From Octopus vulgaris (Eukaryota), in NCBI GenBank assembly GCA_951406725.2, contig OX597821.1, forward strand, positions 30,504,001 through 30,568,000: 64,000 bases of DNA, in the 5' to 3' direction. This document shows positions 12,633 to 23,880 of the stretch, piece after piece. The translations under genes were made by a program, and so were the position numbers. Below the pieces are notes generated by a model. The model was not told the DNA's origin. It saw only the letters and a program-made list of their open reading frames with translations, and did not search any database. Within the stretch, counting starts at the first letter, position 1, and every line of letters begins with the position of its first letter.

Positions 12633-13674
12633 CCTTCGACAAAACATGTGCTCCAGCAAAAAAATTCAATAAAATTTTGGATTTACAGAAGGCCAAATTT
12701 GGTAACAAAAACAGGACAGTGAAAACAAACATTAAGGGCTGCTACACCATAACGAAGTGAGGTGGCGAATGCTAGTGGAACAATCATTGACAGGAGACAG
12801 ACAAGAATGCAATTGACCTCTAGCCGATCGAAAGGAAAGAAAGAAACTCATTTTAGAAAAAGAAAGATGGCCGATGGTCACGTGTGAGCAACGAGAGAGT
12901 AAGGGAAGAAGAGTGAGGAAGAGAGTGTGACAAATAGAGAATGGTGAAGGGCAGAGGAAAAGAACTAGAGAAAGGATGAGCGATAAAAGACGAAAGGGGG
13001 AGAAGGGGAGATAAAAAGAATTAGAGAAAGGAAGAGAGAGGAAACGAAAGAGAAACAGAAAAGTAAGATCGAGAGAGAGAGAGAGAGAGCGGGAAAGAGA
13101 GAAAGATAAACAGACAGACAGATAGACAGGTAGATCGATTGATCGATAAATAGATAGCTAGATAGATACGACTGGCTCTTTTCTGTTTCCGTACACCAAA
13201 TCCACTGGGAAGGCGTAGAGGGCTCAGGGCTATAGAAGACACGCACCCAAGGTGCCATGCTGTGGGAATGAATGCAGGCCTATGTGGTTGGGAAGCAAAC
13301 TTCTAACCACCCCTCTACGACTGCACCCGTTCACAGATGCATCTCATACTTACAAGCAAAGACTGTAGGCGATATATCAACAAAAATTTTATGTATCAAC
13401 AAGAAAGTCTTATGAAATTGCAAGAAAAGCAATAAATGTTATTCTTGTAAAAGTTCGGCGTCGTCTTGAACAGCTTCGGTGTATCTAATCGATTATCTTA
13501 AGTCTTCAATACAATAGGTTTATATGCTGTGGCATCGTGATATTAACACGGTATGAATTCACTGATAATATCCGAATACGAGACTACAGCTCGTCCGCCT
13601 GACGCTGCAAAGAATAACAGTATGTTTACATCAGTTTATTTAACCAACAAAGTTGCATACAGGCTTACATATGC

Positions 13675-13738
<64 letters not shown>

Positions 13739-14337
13739 GTATCGATAAATACCTAGATACATGCATTTATATACAAAGAGAAACACATATATCTGTATAT
13801 GAACATATACATACATAAAAATAATATGTTTGTGCGTGTGTATGCCTATATAAGAATATATGTGTATGTATGTGCGTGTAAATATATATAGCCATATCTT
13901 TGTGGGTTTATTCACATGCGCACACACGTATCTCCTCTGAAGGTCACACGCTTATAACATTTGTGGCATGAGAAGGAATATAGAACTTTCATAGTAAATG
14001 CTGCAACAAGATATCAGGCAGACTTATTGTTAGCACAATAAGACTTTAAAAGAAGAAAACAGCTGCGAATGTCAAATCACAGTAAATATCATCAATCCAA
14101 AGTATTATGTTTCACCACAAAATACAGAAAACCTGTATTCTCAGGTTTCCAATTACTTTCAAGTTAATAGATTCATAGGTATATATTACCCGCTTGTTTC
14201 TGCATATTTCCTTATAATAAACCTGTATATGCATCAAAATCCCGCCATTATTCGCCAGCTCACTTCACCTTCACAACAATATATGTATATATATATATAT
14301 ATATGTGTGTGTGTGATGTGTGTGTGTGTGTGTGTGT

Positions 14338-14646
14338 GGAGGCGCAGAGGCCTTGTGGTTAGGGCAGCGGACTCGCGGTCGTATGTTCGCGGTTTCGATT
14401 TCCAGATCGGACGTTGTGAGTGTTTATTAAGCGAAAACACCTATAGCTGCACGATGCTCCGGCAGGGGTTGGTGGCGATCCTTACTGTACTCTTTCGCCG
14501 CAACTTTCTCTCATTCTTTCTTCTGTTGGCCTGCTCGCTTAGCCAGCAGGGTGGCGTCATTTGAAGGGTAAATCAATGCGAAGCGCATTGTGACCAGCGA
14601 TGTGTAGTAACATCTAATAGCCTGGTCGGTCACGTAATCACGTGAT
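14338..14646 (+). mobile_element. tRNA-derived SINE, family B
   Basis: GGAGGCGCAGAGGCCTTGTGGTTAGGGCAGCGGACTCGCGG..GGTTTCGATTTCC tRNA-like head; ends CACGTAATCACGTGAT; further copies 18100-18405 (-), 28640-28840 (+), ~53960-54070 (-). Confidence 0.8.
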
Positions 14647-14665
14647 ATATATATGTATATATATA

Positions 14666-14894
14666 TTTCTTTACTGCCCACAAAGGCCTAAACATAGAGG
14701 GGACAAACAAGGACAGACAAAGGGATTAAATCGATTACATCGACCCCAGTGCGTAACAGGTATTTCATTTATCGACCCCGAAAGAATGAAAGGCAAAGTC
14801 GACCTCGGCGAAATTTGAACTCAAGCGTAACGGCGGACGAAATACGGCTACGCATTTCACCCGGCTTGCTAACCCTTCTGCAAGCTCACCGCCT
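14666..14894 (-). mobile_element. tRNA-derived SINE, family C (Nin/Deu-like central domain)
   Basis: Minus strand GGCGGTGAGCTTGCAGAA..GAGTTCAAATTTCGCCGAGGTCGACTTTGCCTTTCATTCTTTCGGGGTCGATAAA..; other copies 29555-29750, 29751-29983, 35065-35155, 37525-37665, 42970-43110. Confidence 0.8.
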
Positions 14895-14899
14895 TTAAA

Positions 14900-14932
<33 letters not shown>

Positions 14933-15099
14933 CGTGTCGTATTTTTGCCATTTCAATATGGCATAACCCCTAAGGGTGGATGCTACTGTAGTTTTTAGCC
15001 CCAGGAGGACACACTCCTCCAGCTCGCCATAGACACACTTTCTGTGTCCTGTCAGTATTTGCAAAGGGAAGTCATCCTTCCCGTCTTCAACTTATGATA

Positions 15100-15144
15100 C
15101 ACACGGACTCGAGTTTCGAGGTATTGACCTCTCGTCAGCGTGTG
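15100..15144 (-). ncRNA. Canonical minimal type I hammerhead ribozyme
   Basis: Minus strand CACACG-CTGACGA-GAGGT caat ACCTC-GAAA-CTCGA-GTC-CGTGTG; full core, 6-bp stem I, 5-bp stem II, palindromic stem III (ACTCGAGT), GUC triplet. Confidence 0.93.
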
Positions 15145-15452
15145 ATAATCATAGTTGTCGCCGAGAATTAGATTTCCTTCACAAATACTTATACTTTTTC
15201 CAGCGTCCACTGTCGCTGATATTGAAAAAGTGAAATCAAACAATGATAAATATCAATGTGAGTTATATACAGTAGCGGTAACACAACGTGTCGTATTTTT
15301 GCCATTTCAATATGGCTAACCCCTAAGGGTGGATGCTACTGTAGTTTTTAGCCCCAGGAGGACACACTCCTCCAGCTCGCCATAGACACACTTTCTGTGT
15401 CCTGTCAGTATTTGCAAAGGGAAGTCATTCTCCCCGTCTTCAACTTATGATA

Positions 15453-15497
15453 CACACGGACTCGAGTTTCGAGGTATTGACCTCTCGTCAGCGTGTG
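15453..15497 (-). ncRNA. Canonical minimal type I hammerhead ribozyme (second unit)
   Basis: Identical to 15100-15144, 353 bp away. Confidence 0.93.
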
Positions 15498-16109
15498 ACA
15501 ATCATAGTTGTCGCCGAGAATTAGATTTCCTTCACAAATACTTATACTTTTTCCAGCGTCCACTGTCGCTGATATTGAAAAAGTGAAATCAAACAATGAT
15601 AAATATCAATGTGAGTTATATACAGTAGCGGTAACAGAACGTGTCGTATTTTTGCCATACACCTATATATATGTATATATATACATCTATATATGTATAT
15701 ATATATGTGTATTCATATGTAAGGTGGGGTGTATTTATATATGCACTCTTACATACACACGCATATGTATGTTTGCATGTGTTGAGACGCGTGGCTTATT
15801 GGTTACAGAGTTGTGCTAATGGTCGTATGGTTGTGATTTCGATTCCTGGATTGGGTGATACGTAGTTTTCTGGAGCAATCGACCTCATTTCAAATAAGCT
15901 CGAATCCACTAAAATTATATTAAATGAGTAAACCTGCGAGGAATCTGTGTCACGGCCAGCAGGGGAATATATACGTTACTGAAACCGGGAAACCAGACCT
16001 CTGAGACTATGTCTCGTGAAGTTTGCCTCTCGCCTTTTCTGTCTGTCTGTCTGTCTGTATGTATGTATGTATGTATGTATGTATGTATGTATGTATGTAT
16101 GTATGTATG

Positions 16110-16183
<74 letters not shown>

Positions 16184-16185
<2 letters not shown>

Positions 16186-16960
16186 GGATGTAGTCATTTT
16201 CATTAGCAAAATTAGCCTTTTTTAATTTTACTCAGATTTTATTTTGGTATATCGATGCAACTCTGAATTTTGATTTTGATCAACCAATTACTTTTTCTCT
16301 CAAATTAAAAAAATCTGATGTTTTTGGAATTAAAGTTGGAAAATTTGGGTTATTTTAGGCAATCAACAACATGGTATTAGCGGCTTGTTACCATGACAAC
16401 CACACGCTGTGTTGTGGTTCAGTCTCTGTGGCGCATGTCGATCTATGTCGATTTTACACACTTGATTCTTCACACCATGATATTCTTTTATCCTTAATGT
16501 TTTGTTTTCATTTTTCTCTGTGTTAGTATATTACATATTTTACTGTTAATATTTTTCTTTGTTTTTTTTCTGTGGCTTAGTATTTATGTATATTTTTCAT
16601 TTCATATATTTTGGAGACTCATTGACTCAGACAGCTGGATTTATGATTTCACAAGATGAATTCTATTCCAAAAAATTAAAATCAGGAATATTTTTAGACT
16701 GTTCGCTTCACGTTTCATCAGCTCAACTGAAATTCAGTCCATGTGACAGGAGCACTGAGGATTATCGTGGAACAGAGAACTGTGGGTGATACAGATAATT
16801 TGACATTATTTTTGAATTCTGCATGCAAAGATTTATATGATGCATGTATTCTTTTCCTTGGGACAAATTCTTTGTTGACCAATGCTATTCTTATCGTAGT
16901 TTACAAATCCAAGCATGAAAATGTTACTCAAATTTGGAGTTTTGGAGACAGACGTCCTCT

Positions 16961-16993
<33 letters not shown>

Positions 16994-18089
16994 TGAATAC
17001 ATAAATGTACATATAAACTTGTATATGAATACATCAATCCATATACACTTATATATTAATGAAGTACACAAATACATAACAGGTATACATCATACTGAAA
17101 TACGCATAAAGTAAACAGATGCAGACAAATATATTAATATAACATTTATTTAAAAACAATAAAGACATACAATAAATGAAGAGACAAAATGAATAGTAAG
17201 ATGAAGCGTGTTGATTTTATTAGGTTTTCTGCTTTTTTAGGAACCTACAATGAACAGGTCATGTTACAAATGCTAAACTATAAATTTCACAGGGTACAAC
17301 CTTAAAGTTGAAACCGCCCCGTTAAAAGCAGAAATTTTCTGTCTCGCTATTTCCGAAAAACGTTTCCAAATGAAATAAATGACTTGCGGTCAAGCTGGAG
17401 AATGTTTGAAACTGCTGACACTGGACAGGATTTCCGACTTCATGTAGATACTAAGAGGTGCAGGTACCTAAGGAGACTAGTCGGAATAGACGCTACGTCT
17501 GTGGATACATCTATCACCTTATAGCCTTCTGCCCCAAGAAAGTGATAAATGCAAAGATGATATCCCTCACTATCAACAAAACAACATTTTTAGCAACAAG
17601 AACATCAGTATATACAGCACCAGCATCTTCCAACTAGAGCAGTATAGACTGCAGCACCGGCTAGAATGAAGATAAGGTAACAACAGTGGTAAAACCAACA
17701 ATATTGGAAGTAAGGATACGTAAAATAAGACCTCAATGATAGCAACGTGGGCCGTACTATCATAACCAGAAACAAAAGCAACAAAAACCAAAAGATAAAC
17801 AATAAGGCAAAGTCACACTAACTATAAGACGAACATTTTCTTTCTCTGGCCAGAGAAACTTAATGTGGTGAAGGTGATCGTGAGGGCATTAGTCGTAAAA
17901 AAAGGCCAAAATAAAAGTACAAAACATGCTAACAAAAATGTGGGAGACAACTGGAAGACATGCTTTTGAGCTGCGATTCATCAAAGAACAGAATTTATCC
18001 GATTTTTAAACCTGTGTAACTTATTTCGCCGCTTTTCTTTTCTCCTTTAAAGAAATGCATATTTTGCGAATGAAAAAACGCTAGATCCC
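16184..18089. mobile_element. Putative old DNA transposon with imperfect terminal inverted repeats
   Basis: GGATGTAGTCATTTTCATTAGCAAAAT versus ATTTTGCGAATGAAAAAACGCTAGATCC, both next to TA tracts; segment ~17350-17990 recurs diverged at ~30270-30915. Confidence 0.45.
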
Positions 18090-18099
18090 ATATATATAC

Positions 18100-18405
18100 A
18101 TCACGGGTTCACGGGACCGACCAGACCATCAGATGTTGTTACACATCGCTGGTCACAATGCGTTCGCATCGTTTTAGCCTTCAAATACGCCACCCCGCTG
18201 GCTAAGCGAGCAGGCCAACAGAAGAAAGAGTGGGAGAAAGAGTGGTGAAAGAGTACAGCAGGGATCACCCCCATCCCTGCCAGAGCCTCGTGGAGCTTTT
18301 AGGTGTTTTCGCTCAATAAACACTCACAATGCCCGGTTTGGGAATCGAAACCGCGATCCTACGACCGCGAGTCCGCTGCCCTAATCACTAGGCCATTGCG
18401 CCTCC
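18100..18405 (-). mobile_element. tRNA-derived SINE, family B
   Basis: Reverse-complement homologue of 14338-14646. Confidence 0.8.
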
Positions 18406-18457
<52 letters not shown>

Positions 18458-18481
18458 CTATATATATATATATATATATAC

Positions 18482-18524
<43 letters not shown>

Positions 18525-18628
18525 AAAAAAAGGAGATGTCGAACACGAGTGGTGATATATAAAAAAGGAAATGAAGAAAATGCTGACAAATAATTGAAGT
18601 AATTTAAGTAATTTAATTAGGTGAAAGT

Positions 18629-18675
18629 TCTTTTACCGGTTGCGCATTTGTTATGCTTATCAAAATATAAAAGAG
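18629..18675 (-). ncRNA. Variant-core hammerhead-like motif in the PLE pseudo-LTR (second copy 23031-23077, plus strand)
   Basis: TTGATAA-GCAT aacaa ATGC-GCAA-CCG-GTA-AAAGA; palindromic stem III ACCGGT; U3/A8 instead of C3/G8 and GCAA instead of GAAA; stem I weak. Confidence 0.5.
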
Positions 18676-19371
18676 AGATTAGAGTCTGTCTCTTATATGT
18701 GAAAAAAAGAGGCTCCAGAGTTGTTTGGGATTTGCTTGGTTTCGCGCCTAAAATTTTGATTGGTCATTATGAAGGGGTCACGTGAATGTTTGAATGGAAG
18801 TTGGTGTTGGGGTAAGAAAAAAGGCTCCAGAGAAGTTAAAATTTGGCTAGTGTCCCGCCTAAAATTTCTTATTGGCCATAATAAAGAGGTCACGTGAATG
18901 TTTAGAATTTTCGAAAATAGTGTTGTTGAAAATTCTTATTGTTCAGGCTGGTCAGTAGACGTCATGTGGATATTTTAAATAGCTTTTTAGCGCGTAGTTA
19001 GGGAGTGTATTTTCCGCTTGACTGGATAAGTAAGTTCGTTTAGAACAGGGAGAGCTGTATGTATGTATGTGTGTGCGCGCGCGCGCGCGCGTGTGTTTAT
19101 ACGTATGTTGGGGCGCGCGCGCGTGTACATATGTGTGTGTGTGTGGGTACAATTTTCAATATTTATAGTTCTACTGGCCTTGTGCCTGTATCGGGAAGCA
19201 ACGTATTTGTGTGAAGTCAATATTTACAGCCATTTCCAAAAAATAGTGTTGGATGTTTTGCTCCCGTATTCAATTATGTGTATGTGTGGAACCATATATT
19301 TGGTGTTAATATCTGGGTAAAGGTGTGTGTAGGGTGTGTGCAGGTGTAAGTGTGTTTGTTGTGGGTTCGTG

Positions 19372-21688
19372 TTAGGGGCATGTGTTTAGAAGTGGTCTGT
19401 ATTTATTAATAAGGTGGGATTCCATGGTTATTCGCTGGGTATGAGTGGCATTGTCTTTAAATTTGTAGAGGGGAAAGATTCTAAAATTGGGATGGAGTTG
19501 TGCGGCACAGGTATCAATATGTGCACTAAATGCTATTTTTCTATATTCCTGTATTTTTATTTGGGATCTGTGGACAGTCATGCGTTGGCGGAGGCTATTT
19601 TTTGTTTGGCCTATGTAGTGTTCATTACAGCCCGAGCAAGTTAAGACATATACTAGGTTTTCTGATGCGCATGTGAAGTTGTGTTTTACTGTGAAACGTT
19701 GTCCTTGTTTAAAAAGGAATTCCGGACCTTCTATTAGGTTGATGCATATACCACAGTTGGGTCTATTGCATTTGTTTACTGTGGGTTTAGTTGTTGTGGT
19801 TGGCAGTACTTTGGCATTTGTTAGGATGGTTTTCAATGATTTGGGTTGCCTTTTGCTCTTTATGATTTCGTGTGTTAGGAGGATTTGGTTCATTCTATGG
19901 TCCTTTTGTAATACAGGAATGTTCTGGAGGATGGTGTCAAAAGCTTCATTGTTGAGGGGGTTGTGTGTAGAGATGTATGGTAGAGTATGGGGTTTCGATG
20001 TAACAGGTTTAGGGCGTCTAAGTTCCTGCGTGCTGAGTTTTAGGGCGCGTTGGATCCCATTGTCAATTAGTGACGTGGGGTAATCCCTGCTTGTTAATGT
20101 GCCCTTGAGTTCTTGTAGACGTAAGAGACGGGTGTTTTTATTGGAGACTATAGTGCAAATTCTCTTGGCTAAGTTGTAGGGAATGTTAATTTTAACGTGT
20201 CTAGGGTGGCATGAATTGAAAGGGAGGTATTGCTTGGAGTCTGTGGGCTTGTAGTATATGTCTCTTTCTATTTTTTTGTTGTGAATTTTAATGAGGATGT
20301 CGAGGAAGGGAATTTGTTGAGGGCTGTATTCCATTGTGAAAATAATGTTTGTGTTGAGCCCATTTATAAGGGTGTGAAATTCGTTAAGCTTCTCGACGGT
20401 TTCGGGCCAAAGGATGAAGCAGTCATCAAGATATCTCTTCCAGTTCTTCTCTATGTGTGTGTGGAGAGTGGTGCCAAATTGGTTAAGAACGTTATTATAG
20501 AGGGTGATTTCCAGGTATCCCATGACTAAGTTGGCGTAAGTGGGAGCTGTTTTCGTTCCCATTGCCGTCCCTCATTTCTGTCTGTAGAATTTGTTGTTGA
20601 AGGTGAAGAAATTATTCTCTAAGATGAATTTGAGTCCTTCTAAAATAAATTCCTTTTTGATGCGGTGTGGGAGTTCGTTGGAGTAATTATCCAGCCAGAA
20701 TTGGATAGCTTCTATTCCTAGGTTGTGGGGGATGTTGGAGTAAAGATTGACTACATCGAATGTTACTAGCAGGGTTTGTTCAGCAAGAAGTGTATTGGGG
20801 AGGTGGTTGAGCATATCTAGATCGTCCCTTATGTAGCTTTTAATGTGTTTGAGGAACGGCTTGAGAAGGGTATCAATGAAGTTGCTAAGGCGGTGGGTTT
20901 CGCAAGCGGGACCTGCTATTATAGGTCTCAATTTGAGGTCATTTGGTGAGGGGACATTGATTACAGAGTTTGTGGCTTCCTTGCATGCCTTACTTATTAA
21001 TTCGCTTTTATGAATTTTGGGAATACCGTAGAAGAGGCTGGTTTTACTAGTGAAATTTGTGATGAAGTTGAATTCTTTGTTAGTGAGTTCTTCTTTGTGG
21101 GGGTTGATCAGGGTTTTTAAGTTTCTCATAATTTTCTGTTGATTGTAGTGTTCAGCCTTTTCGTAATATGTTCCATTTTCCAAGGTGGAGAGTGCTAAGT
21201 TGATATAGTATTCTGTCTCCATTAAGACTACTGCACTTACTTTATCGGCCTCTTTAATGGTGATAGATCTTTCATTTTTTAATTTGTTTAATTCTTCCCA
21301 CTCTTTCTTGTTGAGGTTTGGTTTGGGTTTTGGTTTGTGTAAGTGTTGGTAGGGAAGTTTGTAATGTGCTCACAGAATTCGTCTAGGATTTTATTTCTAC
21401 CTTTTCGTGGGGTGTAGTTGCTTTTATTTCTAGCTAGTGACTCATCCTCATTGTGCTGGTCGAATAGTTCCTCACTAAGTCGCAATTTTCTACAAAATTC
21501 TGTAATGTCTTCCTTCATTTCGTAGTAGTTTGGACGTGGGGGGTTGGTGTGAATTTCAGACCTTTGGAGAGTAAGTTGAGAAGGTTGGGGTTGGGTTCTG
21601 TATTGGTTAAATTGATGACTTTAATTAGTTTATGTTTCTCTTCCCTGTCCTGTGTTATTTTGTTTGCCTGTATCTGTGTGCTGTGTCT
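19372..21688 (-). pseudogene. PLE reverse transcriptase plus Zn-finger linker plus GIY-YIG endonuclease, disrupted
   Basis: KVINLTN..LLSKGLKFTPT, IKEADK, FYGIPKIHK, LRPII, FDVVNLYSNI, GTAMGTK, RYLDD, PFLD, YYKPTD, CNRPNCGIC, VYVLTCSGCNEHYIGQT..R..H; 1-nt frameshifts near 21540 (G run) and ~21330; in-frame TGA at 20572-20574. Confidence 0.92.
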
Positions 21689-22640
21689 AAAAAATGGTTG
21701 GGGTAGAGGGGTTGTCTGTTGGTGTTAGGAGGTCCTGTGTGTTTGTTATATTCCTTGTTGTGAAATATGGTTCGGGTTCGTGGTTGTGGATAGAATGGGG
21801 TGTTCCTGTATTGCGGGTGTTGGTGTGTGTTTCTTTGTGTTGTGATAGATTGTGGTGATATGAGTGGCCTGCGTGGGTGCTTGTATCGAGTGGTATGGGT
21901 TTGTTGTGTATTGTGAGAGTTGAGAAAGTGAAAATTACCTTGTTGTCCCCTCGTGGTGTGGATGTTGTTGTGTCTATCCTGGTAGTGGGATCCTCTTTTA
22001 TTTGTTAATAAGGTATTCGAGTAGTTGTTGAGTTGTTGTGTATAGCGTCTCCTTGAAGAGGGAAATTCGTTAATGTAATTCTGGTGGTGAGAGTTTCCAG
22101 GGTTCTTGTTCCTCCTTATGGACGTGGGGTAAGAAGGTACATCTTCAATATGCTGTTTCCTTCTTTTGTTCAAGGTTGGAGGGTTGGCGGAGTAGTTGTG
22201 TGGTTGGGTTCCTGGTTTTCCCATTTTTATGAACGGGTTATTGGAAGAGTAATCCGTTTTGAAAGTCGATTCATAGTTTAGGAACCAGGCGGCACTTTTT
22301 TCCCAGCGTTGTAGGGATTTTAGTTCATCTTTGTTGCAGTCATCTTTCCATAACTTGGAGATCTTCTCTATGTGTAGGCTTTCGGCCTTGTTATTTATTA
22401 CGAGGAGGATCTCTTCATCGATTGTTTTGACTCTTTCCTCATTTGTTTGGGCCCTTAATTTGAGAAGTTCAATCTCTGTTTGCAGTCTCTCTAATGCCAT
22501 TCTTTCCCTAAGTCGTCTTTGAGGTTCAGGTTCATTGGGAATGGCTTTTAATTGTATTTTGTGGGGAAGAGTTAGAGGAGTAGAGTTCATCCATTTTTCG
22601 TATATCTCGGCCTTGTTGTTTCTAATCATTTTCCAGAAAC
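21655..22640 (-). CDS. PLE-associated upstream ORF (coiled-coil N-part, basic low-complexity C-part), 5'-truncated by the inverted pLTR
   Basis: 324 aa uninterrupted ORF with heptad-like ERMALERLQTEIELLKLRAQTNEERVKTIDEEIL; same strand bias as the RT region; overlaps the RT frame. Confidence 0.7.
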
Positions 22641-22801
22641 ATACATACAGCTCTCCCTGTTCTAAACGAACTTACTTATCCAGTCAAGCGGAAAATACAC
22701 TCCCTAACTACGCGCTAAAAAGCTATTTAAAATATCCACATGACGTCTACTGACCAGCCTGAACAATAAGAATTTTCAACAACACTATTTTCGAAAATTC
22801 T

Positions 22802-23003
22802 AAACATTCACGTGACCTCTTTATTATGGCCAATAAGAAATTTTAGGCGGGACACTAGCCAAATTTTAACTTCTCTGGAGCCTTTTTTCTTACCCCAACA
22901 CCAACTTCCATTCAAACATTCACGTGACCCCTTCATAATGACCAATCAAAATTTTAGGCGCGAAACCAAGCAAATCCAAAACAACTCTGGAGCCTCTTTT
23001 TTT
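22802..23003 (+). promoter_or_regulatory. Duplicated ~114 bp module with E-box, CCAAT and E2F-like sites in the pLTR (mirrored at ~18700-18905)
   Basis: Two units of CACGTG..CCAAT..TTTTAGGCGGGA / TTTTAGGCGCGAAA. Confidence 0.45.
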
Positions 23004-23138
23004 CACATATAAGAGACAGACTCTAATCTCTCTTTTATATTTTGATAATCATAACAAATGCGCAACCGGTAAAAAGAACTTTCACCTAATTAAATTACTT
23101 AAATTACTTCAATTATTTGTCAGCATTTTCTTCATTTC

Positions 23139-23195
<57 letters not shown>

Positions 23196-23605
23196 CACCG
23201 TAAAAAACGGACATTCGGATGATGTTATACATCGTTTGCCACAAGGCAAAGAGCATTGCTTGGCATTTGAATGACTCCACCCCGTTGCTATAGAAGGCTA
23301 TTACGCTGCAGCGGAGTGGACTGGAAGATCGTGATAATGCGGAGAATCGAACCCATTATCTAGCGCTCGTTATTGCAACATCATAAATTATTTGGTTCAT
23401 GGGTAATTGTCAAGTCGTCTATTAAATAGTGTTTTTCACTTACAGTTGTCCTTGATGAATGTCGTCTCATCGTCAAATGAATTTTTACCTATCAGACGAA
23501 TTTCGGAAGCAATGGACCTGTTTGTACAGACCCACCATCCGCATACACCATAATAAACTGATTAACTATATATGGCCCTACCTAATGTATCTAAGTTTTT
23601 AGCTC

Positions 23606-23880
23606 CTTCTTCTTCTTCTTCTTCTTCTTCTTCTTCTTCTTCTTCTTCTTCTTCTTCTTCTTCTTCTTCTTCTTCTTCTTTCTTCCCCTTCTGCTCCTCT
23701 TTCTTCTTCTTTTCTTCTTTCTCTTCTTTTTCTTCTTCCACCTTTCCCTGTTTCTCTTCTTCACTTTCATCTTCTTCTGCTCGGTTTCCTCCTCCCTTCC
23801 CACCTCTCCTCCTCCTCCTCCTCCTCCTCTCTGTCTCTTCAATCCCCCCTCCTCCTCCCCTCCTCCTCCCCTCCTCCTCC
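23606..23880. repeat. (TTC)n/(CCT)n polypyrimidine microsatellite
   Basis: Direct inspection; source of the poly-E/S/K pseudo-ORFs. Confidence 0.95.

Larger units (their letters stand above)
11780..12790. mobile_element. Two diverged copies of one repeat family in tail-to-tail orientation around a (TA)n/(TG)n tract (~11780-12200 plus, ~12440-12790 minus), each with a permuted hammerhead
   Basis: ACTGTCCTGTTTTTGTTACCA versus TGGTAACAAAAACAGGACAGT; GTCCTGTACTCATATATG versus CATATGTGGGTACAGGAC; probable 3' fragment of a related family at ~52210-52320. Confidence 0.7.
14931..15658 (-). mobile_element. Retrozyme-like tandem repeat: two near-identical 353-354 bp units plus ~21 bp, one intact hammerhead per unit
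   Basis: AACGTGTCGTATTTTTGCCAT recurs at 14931, 15285 and 15638; flanked by (TA)-rich microsatellites. Confidence 0.85.
18520..23142 (-). mobile_element. Penelope-like retroelement (Neptune-type organisation) with inverted 5' pseudo-LTR, inserted in (TA)n
   Basis: RT and GIY-YIG coding region; near-identical ~500 bp inverted repeats at ~18560-19066 and 22641-23142; (TA)n on both flanks. Confidence 0.93.

Noticed and set aside
14338-14415. tRNA gene
   Set aside because: tRNA-like head of a SINE with a broken cloverleaf, continuing into a repeat body
15052-15596. Duplicated 63-aa ORFs (also the duplicated ORFs at 41843/42322 and 61136/61615)
   Set aside because: By-products of non-coding repeat duplication; they overlap ribozyme motifs and have no recognisable protein features
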